From positions 111,352,001 to 111,416,000 of the forward strand of contig OX597814.1 of NCBI GenBank assembly GCA_951406725.2: a stretch of DNA of 64,000 bases, given 5' to 3'. How positions within the stretch are numbered: the stretch's first letter is position 1; each line of letters starts with the position of its first letter. Of the stretch, positions 43,921-55,661 are shown piece after piece. The position numbers and the translations under genes were made by a program. This DNA comes from Octopus vulgaris. Its lineage: Eukaryota. The notes under the pieces were generated by a model that ran no database searches, was not told the origin of the DNA, and worked only from the letters and a program-made list of their open reading frames with translations.

Positions 43921-44185
43921 AAGCAATGTTGTCAAATTTAGAATGTTTATATAAGTTTGTGTATAGCAAAGCATATGTATTTGTAAGCATGCGTATCTGT
44001 GTATGTGTGAGTGAAAGTATGCTTGTGCTTAAGCACACATATACACGACGGTATGTATATGTATCAATTCAAACTTGTGTATGTATACAGGCCTCTATAG
44101 ATGCCAAATAGCATCGCTACAAGTTTTTTTCCCCACCCCTCCTCCGTTTCTTCTCTCTTTCCCTTTCTTTCGTTCCCCCTCCTTG

Positions 44186-44285
44186 NNNNNNNNNNNNNNN
44201 NNNNNNNNNNNNNNNNNNNNNNNNNNNNNNNNNNNNNNNNNNNNNNNNNNNNNNNNNNNNNNNNNNNNNNNNNNNNNNNNNNNNN
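44186..44285. other. Assembly gap (100 N)
   Basis: Run of N. Confidence 1.
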
Positions 44286-44894
44286 GATTAATATTTTATG
44301 CTGTAAATTTTACAGAATTTATCTAATTTTGATGAAATTTGACATATAGGTAAAGTTTATGGTCGGAGTCATGTATTAGAATTAAAATTAAATTGGTGAA
44401 AGGCAGAAATCATCAAAATTCACTCACAATAAAATAATGAACTGATTTTGAAGAAAATTGACACATGTATAAAATTAAGCACTTCGACATATGAAACATT
44501 GAATATTCATATAATATATTGGGATTTAAAAGTCAATATTTTCATGTAAATGATCACATGGATTCTATTTAATGACATAACCTTAACACTTTTCTATGGA
44601 TTTTGATGAGATTGGACATGCTGATCAATTTTATACAGAGGGTGGCATTAAGGGGAGAGAAATAAACAAACATCAACTCTCAACGGGTCGAGGTACACCC
44701 AAAAGTTTGACTGTGATTTCAGCTGGTCCAGTATGTAGGAATATGTCGAGAGTGTTAACCGGGTAAAATTCCTGCTGAACCAGATATAATATCTTAATGG
44801 GTAATAGTTGGCACGGAGAACATAGAAGATTTCAATACAAAGTGGGTTTAACTTCAACATGGAAAACACGAGCAACACCTGGTCCAACAGCTAG
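44286..44894 (+). mobile_element. Non-autonomous Helitron, 3' portion
   Basis: Ends CACGAGCAACACCTGGTCCAACAG-CTAG|T; repeated TTTTGATGAAATTTGACAT motif resembles the 41832 element. Confidence 0.65.
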
Positions 44895-44990
44895 TACATA
44901 CATACATTTTATATATATATATTGATAAAAATGGTAAGACAACAAAAGAATGAAAGAGACCTCGATATTGTGTAAATAGAGGAATTTATC

Positions 44991-45218
44991 TGTAAATGTA
45001 ATATGTGACAATTATTCGGTAGCCATGATAAAACTCCGAGTTTCAGATGCCGAGGTGGAAATCCATGCTGCCATCTCTTCAGTTATCCAGTCATCAGAAA
45101 AAAACTTTTTTCCGATGGCTGGCTAACTGAAGAGATGGCGGTGTGGTTTTCCACCTTGGCATCCGAAACTCAGAGTTTTGTCATGGCTACCGAATAATTG
45201 TCACATATTACATTTACA
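44991..45218. repeat. ~113-bp-arm inverted repeat with an HHR motif in each arm (PLE pseudo-LTR-like)
   Basis: TGTAAATGTAATATGTGACAATTATTCGGTAGCCATGA... mirrored around 45104. Confidence 0.85.
45027..45087 (-). ncRNA. Type-I hammerhead ribozyme motif
   Basis: GATAA-CTGAAGA-GATG..CATC-T-GAAA-CTCGGAG-T-T-TTATC; perfect 5-bp stem I; one extra base before GAAA. Confidence 0.7.
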
Positions 45219-45220
45219 TT

Positions 45221-45267
<47 letters not shown>

Positions 45268-45346
45268 TTAAAGTAGAAAAGGCGAACAGTTTAACAAGAC
45301 TTGACAAGGACATTTAATTTAGCTATATATCGAAAGGTTCAGTTAG

Positions 45347-45436
45347 TCTCTGATAGCTGTTTCTAGTCTATCTCAGCTATTGGGCCATCACATGAAGCAA
45401 AGATTCCAAATGCTGCATATTCCATCATCAGAGATA
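45347..45436 (-). ncRNA. Type-I hammerhead ribozyme motif (degenerate, long stem II)
   Basis: TCT-CTGATGA-TGG...CTA-GAAA-CAGCTA-T-C-AGA; stem III is one change from the palindrome ACAGCTGT. Confidence 0.5.
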
Positions 45437-46537
45437 TGTTTAACATATGTAACAGTGGAAGAAAGTTTCTCAACAATGATAGTTGTTGTGGCTCGTTATA
45501 TCTGAAAAATGGAGTTAGATCCTGTTAAGTCAGGTATTCCTTAGATAAATCCATGATTAGAGAGAATGGTTAAATAATAATCCATAGCAAGGGGAAATGG
45601 ATTCCCTTTACCACCTTATAATTCTGTACCTCTCTCTCTCCTCAACTCGCACTGTGTCTTTCCATCACTCTTTTGCTTTCCTCTCTCTGTTTCCCTTTTT
45701 CTACTAATTTCTTATTTTCTTTCTTGCTTTTTTATCACATTCTCATTTTATCTTCACCTTTTCTCTCCGTATGTATGAGCTACTTGTACACATAATTGAG
45801 CACCATAAAACATATATCAGGGAAAACAACACATGTGAAACGTCAAGAACCTGGCAAGCCGGAGAGCATTATTGTTCTTAGAAGCATAGGTGTTAGTGGA
45901 AGTGCCTCCACCCAATAGTCTTATTGTAGAGGCCTGAAGGACTATGACTGCCTCAGTTCCATGTTGCTCCTATACTCTCATCAGCCCATACCTAAGTCTG
46001 CTGGAATCCATCCCTGATGATGATGAAGAAGGCACTGGCAAAGAAAATAAAATGTATCCATAAGAACACAATTATCAGCATGCAACAAATCAGGAATAAA
46101 AGTTATAATGGTTTTTTTTATTTAGTTTTGAAACATTTTAGATGAAGTAGTTTAGTTATTGTGCTATAGCAAAGAAAGATGGTTAGATCATAGTGTTTAA
46201 ATAAACGAGCAATCACCATCACAATGTATGTCAGCACAGGTCTCCTATTTAACACCATTGTCCACTGGAATTGGTTCTGACAGAGCAAATGACAAAGCTA
46301 CTTTAATTAATGCTTCATTATTTTCAAAATTAATTGAAACAAAAGCAGTGTATTTCAACAGAAGTATGGTAACAAAAGCATTAAAGTTGTGTGAATTAAC
46401 ATTCATTTTCCATGCTGACATGGTTTAGGCAGTTTGACAGAAGCTGGTAAGCCTACAAATCGGGTCAAGCTCCACTATCTGCTTTGGTATGGTTTTTACA
46501 ATTGGATGCTTTTCCTAATGCCAATCACTTTACATAT

Positions 46538-46808
46538 GGGCATATGGCGTAGTGGTTAAGAGCACTGGCTACTAACCACAAGATTCCGAGTTCGATTCCA
46601 GGCAGTGTGGCCTGAATAATAATAATAATAATAGTATTGAAAAATACCTTAGGAATGAGAACCCAGGTTCGAAATTTCCCCAAGACACCTGATGAAGGCT
46701 GAAGGATATATCAGCCGAAACATTGTGTTAACAACAAACAAGATGAGGACAAATATCTGTCAAATGTAAATAATGTACATAATTCCTCATCTCTTAAATA
46801 TAGAACTG
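46538..46808 (+). mobile_element. tRNA-headed SINE-like element carrying a hammerhead ribozyme
   Basis: A-box TGGCGTAGTGG (46545-46555), B-box GAGTTCGATTCC (46588-46599), (AAT)n linker, HHR at 46684-46729; homologues at 55191-55456 and 62023-62232. Confidence 0.8.
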
Positions 46809-47094
46809 TATCATCCATTTTATATTTATGTTACATGTGTATAAATATGCATGTCTGTGTGTATATAATATTATTTTTAACCTAGAATGTGTGTGTGTGT
46901 GTATCTATGGATACACATATTTGTGTATGTATATTTGTGTTATGTTTCAGTGTAGTTGTAATAGCTCAGCATCAGTGTATCTTTTCCTCAGTCAAACCGT
47001 CCAACCCATACCAGCATGGAAAGCGGACATTAAACGATGATGATGATATATTATTATTAGTTCATCTATTGTTGTTGATGATAACCAATAACAT

Positions 47095-47820
47095 GAAATG
47101 GGAGAAGCAGACAGGGCAGTGTGTCCAGCTGTGACTGATCGGTCTAATGCATACTTGGAAGGTTCTGCTACAGGTTAGACTGAAGGCAGGGAATTGACTC
47201 TGGACTTGTGCAGTTTCACGTTCTCTTTTTACCCTGCAATCCTGCTCTGTTTGTAGGAGGTGCCCCCCCCCCCTGTTGGTGCAGCTTTGCCAGGAAGGGT
47301 GGTCTTGCACTTGTGTTTCCCAGGTGTCAGAGTTGATCTCAAAGGTCTTCAGTGAGGTTCTGAGTGTGTCCCTGAAGCACTTTTTCTGTCCACCTTGCAT
47401 GTTTTTGCCTTCTGCCAGTTCATTGTAAAACAGTCTTTTGGGGAGTCACATATCAGGCACTCAAACAAGGTGGCCTGCCCATCTGACTTGCACTCCCCTC
47501 AGCAGATCAGTTTGAGATAAGACCTCTGTGTCTGGGACCTTGTCTTGTCAGGTGATTTTTTTTTCAATAGCTTTCTTAGTTCATACATGTGGAAATGGTT
47601 TAACTTTTTGGTGTGACGTTCTCAAGCCATCTGAGTCTTGCAGGCATACAGTAACATAGGCAGTAATAATTGCCTGGTACACCTTCAGCTTGGTGGCCAG
47701 CCCAGTGCCTCTCTCCTTTCACCTTGATTCACTGAGTCACCTGTGTGCTGATGAGGTACATGAACTTATCAACAGACTTCAGGGTTTCCTCTTCAACAGT
47801 GACAGCTGGTTTCACATGCA
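47095..47820 (-). pseudogene. RTE-BovB-like LINE 3' relic
   Basis: RWAGHLV..LPKRLFYNEL, GGQKKCFRDTLRTSLK..W...DHPSW and a degenerate terminal C2H2 (CSRTF...SHSWTH). Confidence 0.8.
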
Positions 47821-49129
47821 CACACACTCATACACGTCTATATAAATGTTTATATGCAAATACAAATGTATGCACAAATGAATAATCATATGTGTACCTG
47901 AATAGAAGCATGCTAAATGCATAGAAGTATGTCTATTAGCATACTATTATACGCATGTAACATAGTGTATATAGAATGTTACAAGTCAATTCTTAGGTGT
48001 AGAAAACCGCAAACGCATTATAAAGATTCATCTAAATAGATATGTACATAAATTCTAGTAAATGGTTCATTAATAGAATTTCAAAATATTCAGAGAAATA
48101 ATTAGTTAAAGGAGTGTATTTATTTGAATAGACAGTTATCTATTAATGAATTGCGTGGGGTTTAGAGTATTTCAGCATTTTATTAGCTTGGTGCCTACAA
48201 GAGAAGATTATTTCAGAATGTTTATTAGCTTGCTTTAGTTAAGAGAATAAAATTTCATGATTTGGAAGTGCAAAGTTAACATTTTTTTGTTCATATGTTA
48301 GTATGGTTATGCATGGAAATCAACTTCATATAACTTCCAAGAGAAGTTATATGAAGTTGATTTCCATGCATATTCAGATAGGGAGGGAATTGTTTTTCTT
48401 ATTAAATGAGTGTGTGTGTAGGTGTTGGTTAAGTCTACTTTAAAAGGAGTTGGCAGTTAATCTGATTTGTAAAGAATAAGTTTGAGTGGTTGGGTGAATT
48501 GAGAAGCAAAGGAAACTATGGGATGTGGTGAAAATGAAGGGTTAGTATGAACTATTTCCTTACTAAGTCATTTTCCTAAGAGAGTGATCCTGTGCTTCTA
48601 TTATTGCAGTTTCAGCTTTTTGAGTTGATAGCTGATATTTTTTCTATAGTTTTCTGTGGTAGAATAGATTTTTTTAATTAGAATGTTGTGGTATATGTAA
48701 TGAGGTGGACAATGTTTTTTGCAAAAGTTAAATGTTTTTGATTTGTAGGCTATATGGTGGATTATGCCAGATTATGTTTCTGTGTTGAGATCTGGGTTGT
48801 GTTGCATTCTTGTTCTATTTGATTTCTTTTGTGCAGTTGTTACATTAACTTGAAAAACATGTCAGGTTTGGCTACTGGCAGAGTATCCAGCTGTAAGATC
48901 CTGCCTCAACCCCCTATCAAAATCCACACACACACATATATATGTGTGTACATGTATATATCTATTGGGTCAGTAGGAGCAAGCTTTGATTTTTTTTTTT
49001 CTTTTTTGAAGAAAGCTGCTGTGACATTAGTTCAGTCATATCAGCCAGATTGTGTCATTGAGCCAATGTATTTATTGAACATAACTCTGCATTAACCATG
49101 TGTTTGTTTTCAAGCATTTCATAGTAGAT

Positions 49130-49520
49130 TAGCCCCTCCTAACCCTACCAAATGCAGATCATTGGCTTGCATGCAGCTTTGGCTTAGTTTGAGTTGTTGC
49201 TTGCTTTTGGGACTCAGCCATTCTGTCTTCTGCTTTGTATTGATATAAAGATACCATTTCTCATTGCTGATTTGATGTGGTAAAAAGGCCTCTGTGTCCA
49301 CAAATAGCCTGGTGTCAAACATGCAAATTCCTGATGATAGCAAAGCACTGGACTTTGTCTCTTTCATTCAGAGTGTGCAGCACCCATGCATTGAGTTTTT
49401 GAACTTTACCCATCTTTTCACTTGTTATTCCTTATCTTTCTCTAAAATAGGATCCCAAAGTTACTTGGGATCCTTCACCATTGTTCTGAGTACTACCCCT
49501 CTCTGGGAGCACCTTTTTTG
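49130..49520 (-). pseudogene. Mariner transposase relic
   Basis: GKVQKLNAWVLHTL (WVPHEL-like), SNEKWYLY (TGDEKW-like), KPKLH..MICIW. Confidence 0.75.
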
Positions 49521-50677
49521 AGGCCTTATTACTTCTTTTCTGTCCTTAATCTTTGTGTAAAACTTTGTTAAAATATATTACAATATTAATTTTTGATATT
49601 CACTTTTATATTTCATGTTTTTATGTCTGAATTTTTAGCACTCAGTGTTTGGAAATGGAAATTCAATTCTAGGAAATGTTTTCAGCAATTACCATATGTC
49701 TTTACCTCTTAACAAAGGTAAGTGGATTTATGATTTATTGTAATTTCTATGACAGTAGCTAGTATACTTAAACTCCCTGCTGACATGGTAGGGATTAATT
49801 ACTAATTTATTAGACTCATAATGTGATACACAATCTTAGCAGAATCATCGTTACAAATATCACACAATATATTATCTTAAATAATTCTGTCATCATTTCC
49901 TTAGCAATCCAATTAATATTTATTTTTTTTATTAAATCTATCTCAGATTACATTGTTCAGCATTTTGAATATTTTTATGACAGATTTGATAAAAGCAAAT
50001 CGGTTTTTACCTATTTTGAAGATGGTAACTCTAAATATAAGATTGAATTTCTTTTCCTTGTCTTGAGAAACTGCTTCAGAAAATACATTAATTATATCTT
50101 AGGCATATTAATTTATAAATGTTCAACAGAGATTATCCAACTGTAATTTGATTGTGTTGATGCCTTGTCATTAAAATGTCCTACAATAACATTAAGAAAT
50201 GTAGAAACCTCAAAGTTCCCAGTGCACACTAAGGACCAGGGTGAGGTTGGGGAACAAATTGCATTGCATGATGTACTCTTGCACAGTCCAAGTGTATTGA
50301 TATCATTATTTGCTAAAGTTTGGTGCTGTTACTTTGATTTTCGTCTATATTCAATGTATTGCATATCACTTCTTCATCGCTCCGTGAAGTAGAGTTTTAA
50401 GGGTTTCGGCTTCTCCCATGTAGTTCACCTAATCCCCAAAACTAATTATCTTCTTAGATTGCGAGACCACTTTTAATCCAATAACGAACTCTAGACTATA
50501 AAATAAAATTAAACACAAAACACCATGACAGGGGAAATTGTTCAAATAATTGGGAACAAGTGTCATTCATAGAGCATAACTTCCTGTTGTTCATAATGTT
50601 GTAAACCAGTCATCTGCAGGATGTTTTAATCTTAGCACTACACACATGCAATAGTGTGTCATTATGTGCTTATTCTT

Positions 50678-50895
50678 TAACTCTCTCGTTACCAACCCGG
50701 CTGAAACCAGCTCCGGCTCTGTAGTACAAATGTCTTGTTTTCATAAGTTTTGAATTAAAGTCTTCCACCAAACCTTAGTCGCAATTTATGTTCCTAACAC
50801 TAGCTTAATAATAACCAAGTTATTTTACTAAATTCTTAAAATTAATTGAAAGAAACACATAGCGTCTCAAAATAAATATGGTAACAAAAGGATAA
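50678..50895. mobile_element. piggyBac-like MITE
   Basis: TTAACTCTCTCGTTACCA / TGGTAACAAAAGGATAA termini; related end at about 46330-46384. Confidence 0.55.
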
Positions 50896-51113
50896 AGGTG
50901 ACCGCCTGGCAGAGTTGTTACTGTGTCAGACAAAATACTTGACAGAATTTCTTCTGGCCCTTTTAGTTCTGAGTTCAAATGCTGCCAATGTCAACTTTGC
51001 CTTTCATCCTTCCTGAGTACCAGTGAGTACCAATTCAACACTGAGGATCAGTGTAATTAACTTTCCCACTTCTTTCAGAGTTGCTGGCATTATGCCAAAA
51101 TTGGAAAGACTTA

Positions 51114-51232
51114 CCCTATTTTAACATGTATAAGGAACCCTAATGGATAGTATTATAATCCCTTACAAAAACCTTTTTTTCAAATTTTAAGCCCAGAAAA
51201 TTAGGGGGTTCCTTATACTCATTAAAATACGG
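51114..51232. mobile_element. TA-flanked Tc2/pogo-like MITE
   Basis: TA|CCCTATTTTAACATGTATAAGGAACCC ... GGGTTCCTTATACTCATTAAAATACGG|TA. Confidence 0.7.
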
Positions 51233-51701
51233 TATGTACTAATTCTAATTCCAGGATTTCAATCTCTCCTGATCCTCTGTATCCAGTCTGCACTATGCTA
51301 GAAAAATTAGAGCAGAATGCTTGAAATTTTCTCCTATTGAATTGCGTGTTGAATTCTTCATCCTACCTGTGTATATCATAGGACTTTTTGCCTCTGATAT
51401 TTTGGTAAAATCTGCTGCGTAGTTCATGAGAACATCATCATCATTGTTTTAATATCCAATTTTGCATGCACACATTGGTTGAATGAGAGTTGTTGAAGCA
51501 GATTTTCTACCATCGGATGCCCTTTCTGTTGCCATCCCTCACCTCTTTCTTTCCCGGCAAGGTAATATTTCTCTGTGGCCAGACATGTATTTTGCAGAAT
51601 AGAAAAGAGGAACGCTGCTTTTATAATAGTGATGCCCACTCACAATCGCATCATATCAAAACAAGGAGACTGTAACACACTTGCACACACATACATTCAC
51701 A

Positions 51702-51733
<32 letters not shown>

Positions 51734-51957
51734 CATGCATACACACACATATATATACATATATTTTATCTTATACATGCCTATAACAAACTTTTTACTT
51801 GTTATTTTCCTATTTTAAATGCTTACTATAGCAAGCTATTATTTTGATATGGAGAATATATATTAGAAATATATCTTTTTGCTGCCTCCCCCCCAAGTTT
51901 GATTTGTTCTACTTGAACTTATTTTCTCTCATGTACATATATATATATATATACATG

Positions 51958-51997
<40 letters not shown>

Positions 51998-52211
51998 CAA
52001 TAATAAATCTCTGAACGAGCTATAAACAGTAGCTGCACAACAAAGTGAAGTATATTTTCCACTTAAATGTGGCTAACCACTAAGGATGGATGCTACTATA
52101 GCTTGTAGCCCCAGGAGAACATCTTCTCCAGCTGGCTATTGACACACTTTCTGTGTCCTTTCTGTACTTGCAAAGGGAAGCCATCCTTCCCATCATTGAC
52201 CTGACGTGATA

Positions 52212-52256
52212 TGCATGGACCCGGGTTTCTAGGTATTTACTCGTCGTCAGCGCATG
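52212..52256 (-). ncRNA. Type-I hammerhead ribozyme motif
   Basis: CATGCG-CTGACGA-CGAGTAAATACCTA-GAAA-CCCGGG-T-C-CATGCA; palindromic stem III ACCCGGGT; stems I and II carry mismatches. Confidence 0.6.
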
Positions 52257-52597
52257 ACAATATATATATATATATATCAAATTTTAAATAAGCAAAAAAT
52301 GGAGAAAACTTTTGCTCAACAAACAGATTGACCAACATCGGTTAATTGTTTTTTAATACAAAGCTTTAAAAAAAAAATAATTAAGCAATGTTGTTCAATT
52401 TGTTTGTTGATCAACAGTTTTCTCCATTTTCTGCTCATTTTAAATTTGATTCTGGATAAGCTCTTGTTTATTCTGTTATTATGAGCATAGTGTGCTTGCA
52501 TACCCATTCCCAGGGTTAATATAGGTAAATAATACCGGTAGTAAGAACAGATATTCTTATCATTTAGACGGTTATTTCAACCGCTAACTCTACTTAC

Positions 52598-52634
<37 letters not shown>

Positions 52635-52635
52635 G

Positions 52636-52886
52636 TTGTGTTGGTGCACAATTATTGCGGTTTTTTTTCCACAAATTTTATTCAACAAAAACACTAACAA
52701 CATGTTACAAAAATATCTTTAAATGATTATTCCGGAGCATATTCACCATCTACTTCAATTACTGCTTCCCATTTGCTTGGCAGACGGTCAGACCGTCATT
52801 TAAAGATGTTTTTGTTCAATAATGTTATTGTTTTTGCTGAATAAAATTTGTTGTAAAAAAGCTGCAATAATTATGCACCAACCCAA
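52636..52886. mobile_element. Mariner-derived MITE
   Basis: TIR TTGTGTTGGTGCACAATTATTGCGG / CTGCAATAATTATGCACCAACCCAA|TA; minus strand keeps DRLPSKWEAVIEVDGEYAPE*. Confidence 0.85.
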
Positions 52887-54646
52887 TATATATATAGTTA
52901 ATCCAAACATGAAAACACAAAGAGAAAACACAACAACACGAGGACGTGGAACAAGTGTAGTGTTATTGGATGCTCAGGAAAGAAGGAGGGTTTAACGTCT
53001 TGAGCAGAGCTCTTCGTCAGATAGGAAAAGGACAGGTCCAAGGAAGGGAAGACGGAGGAAAAAAAATCGCCAACGGTACACACGTGGTCACTATATATAT
53101 ATATATATATATGGCAGGCATTTTTCAGTTTTCTTCTACCAGCTCCATCTACAAGGCTTTGCTTGGCCCAGGGCTGTAGTAGAAGGCACATGACCAAGGT
53201 TCCGTGTATTGGGACTGAACCCATAACCATGTGGTTGGGAAACAAACTTCTTAACCATCCAGTCAAGATGTTCTAGTAACTGAAGCCTTGAGACAGACAC
53301 TCCCAAGTTCCTTATTGAGTTCTTTCTTTTCTTCAGGATACTACATTTGTATAGTTTATCAGTGTTTCAAGAATTTTCCAATCTTCTGGATGTAATGGCT
53401 GTTGCTAATGGCATTTTTACTGAAGGCATGAATCTTGAGAATGCTGCTGTATACGTTTCACATTCCATTTGATGTTTTTTTTAATTTTTTATTTGTTCCT
53501 TGTTTGTGTTTGTAGCTAGCCAAGGCACCACCATCAGAAAGCAAAGTCCCTCCTCAAAGAGGAACTAAAACTTGGTCTCCCATTCTTATTGGCAGAACAA
53601 TAAAGAAATGGTTTGACCAATGTTTGGTGTTAGTTTCTAAAGCGCCGAATCTTGGTATTGAATTTTCATTCTATTTTCCTATTAATATCCTTATTCGTAT
53701 ATTCCCTTAGAGTTTAGTTTTCTAAACTACTTCAACCTCTGCAGTTAACAAGCATCTGTTTTGTGTTATTAATTTCTTTTTGTAGAGCTGCTTATGTGGA
53801 TGATAATGTAAAGGTTGTGTAGGAAATAATGTCTTACCAAAACACACAGCCACAACAGGTATGTGGTAGCCTATATTCATTGCAAGCAACACAGACGAAA
53901 ATTTAACAAACTAAAACACAGGCAAATATTTCTGTTCTCTGCTTGTGTATTCGATAAAGTTTACATGAAATTTCAGGCGAATCAGTAAATTCATTTTTAG
54001 ATATAGGAACAAAAAACATCATATATATATATGCTAGCATGGAAAACGGACGCTAAACGATGATGATGATGATGATGATATATATATACACACACACACA
54101 CACACATCAGCATTCAAGTGTGGTTGTTGCTAGTGCCGCTGGACTGGCTCCCGTGCAGGTAGTACATAAAAAACACCTTTTGAGCATGGTCATTGCCAGA
54201 ACCACCTGACTGGCCCTCATGCCGGTGGCACGTAAAAGCACCCATTACACTCTCAGAGTGGTTGGCATTAGGAAAGGCATCCAGCTGTAGAAACTCTGCC
54301 AGATCAGACTGAACCTGGTGCAGCCTTCTGGCTCACCAGTCCTCAATCAAACCGTCCAACACATGCCAGCATGGAAAGCGGACGTTAAACGACGACGACG
54401 ATGATGATGATATAAATTAAATATTAGATATTCTATTGACATTCAATAATTTATTCATAGTATTTATTGTAATATAAATAAATTATTGAATGTCAATAGA
54501 ATATCTCTATATTTGATTTATCTTTATTATTGAATTATACCAATATTTGTATGATATCCTACTGAAGTACCAGTGAATTGAATGTCTAACACACCCCTTT
54601 GAAGGATTTCTTTTCCTCAGTTTGTTACTTTATATATATATATGTG

Positions 54647-54680
<34 letters not shown>

Positions 54681-55190
54681 ATCATCATCGTTATCGTTTA
54701 ACAGTTTGACTGAGGACTGGCAAGCCAGGAGGCTGCACCAGGCTCCAAACTGATCTAGCAAGGTTTCTACAGCTGGATGCCCTTCCTTATGCCAACCACT
54801 CAAGAGTGTAGTGGGTGCTTTTTATGTGCCACTGGCATGGGAGGCAGTACTGGCATTGACCATGCTTGAATAGTGTTTTTTACATGCTACCTGCACGGGA
54901 GCCAGTTAGGTGGCACTGGCATCAACCATACTCGAATGGTGCTTTTTACCTGCCACTGGCATGGGTCCCAGTCAGGCGGCACTGGCATCAGCCATAATAT
55001 ATGTATATGATATTTTATTTGTTTATATATTATAATTTACCTGTTTCAGTCATTTGACTGTGGCCATGCTGGGGCACTGCCTTGAAGGCTTTTAATTGAA
55101 CAAATCAACCTCAGGACTTATTTTTTTTAAGTACTTATTCTCTCGGTCTCTTTTTGCCAAACTGGCAAGTTACGGGGATATAAACACACC

Positions 55191-55456
55191 AGCGCAGGCT
55201 ACTAACCCCATGATTCCGAGTTCAATTTCAAGCAGTGACCTGAACGATAACAATAATAATAATAATAATAATAATAACAACAACATCGAAAAATACCTTA
55301 AGAATGAGAACCCAGGTTTGAAATTTCCCCAAGACACCTGAAGAAGGTTGGAGGGTATATCAACCGAAATGTTGTGCTAGCAACAAACAAGATGAGGACA
55401 AATATCCTTTGAATGTAAATAATGTACATAATTCCTCATCCCTTAAATATAGAACA
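55191..55456 (+). mobile_element. Second, 5'-truncated copy of the tRNA-HHR element, nested in a family B SINE
   Basis: GGCTACTAACC...GAGTTCAATTTC, (AAT)n, GACAC-CTGAAGA-A-GGTTG/CAACC-GAAA-TGTT-GTG; the host SINE continues on both sides. Confidence 0.8.
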
Positions 55457-55615
55457 GTTGGTTTCTTCTCAGTTTCTGTCTACCAAGTCCACTCACAAGT
55501 CTTTGATTGGTCCAAGGATATAGTAGGAGACACTTGTCCGAGGTTGCACGCAGTGTAACTGAACCCAGAGCCATGTATTTGGGAAGCAAGATTCTTACCA
55601 CACAGCCACTCCTGC

Positions 55616-55661
<46 letters not shown>

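Noticed and set aside
46538-46612. Functional tRNA gene
   Set aside because: A and B boxes are present but the acceptor stem does not pair and there is no poly-T terminator; it is a SINE head. The same holds for 20566, 41595 and 58110.
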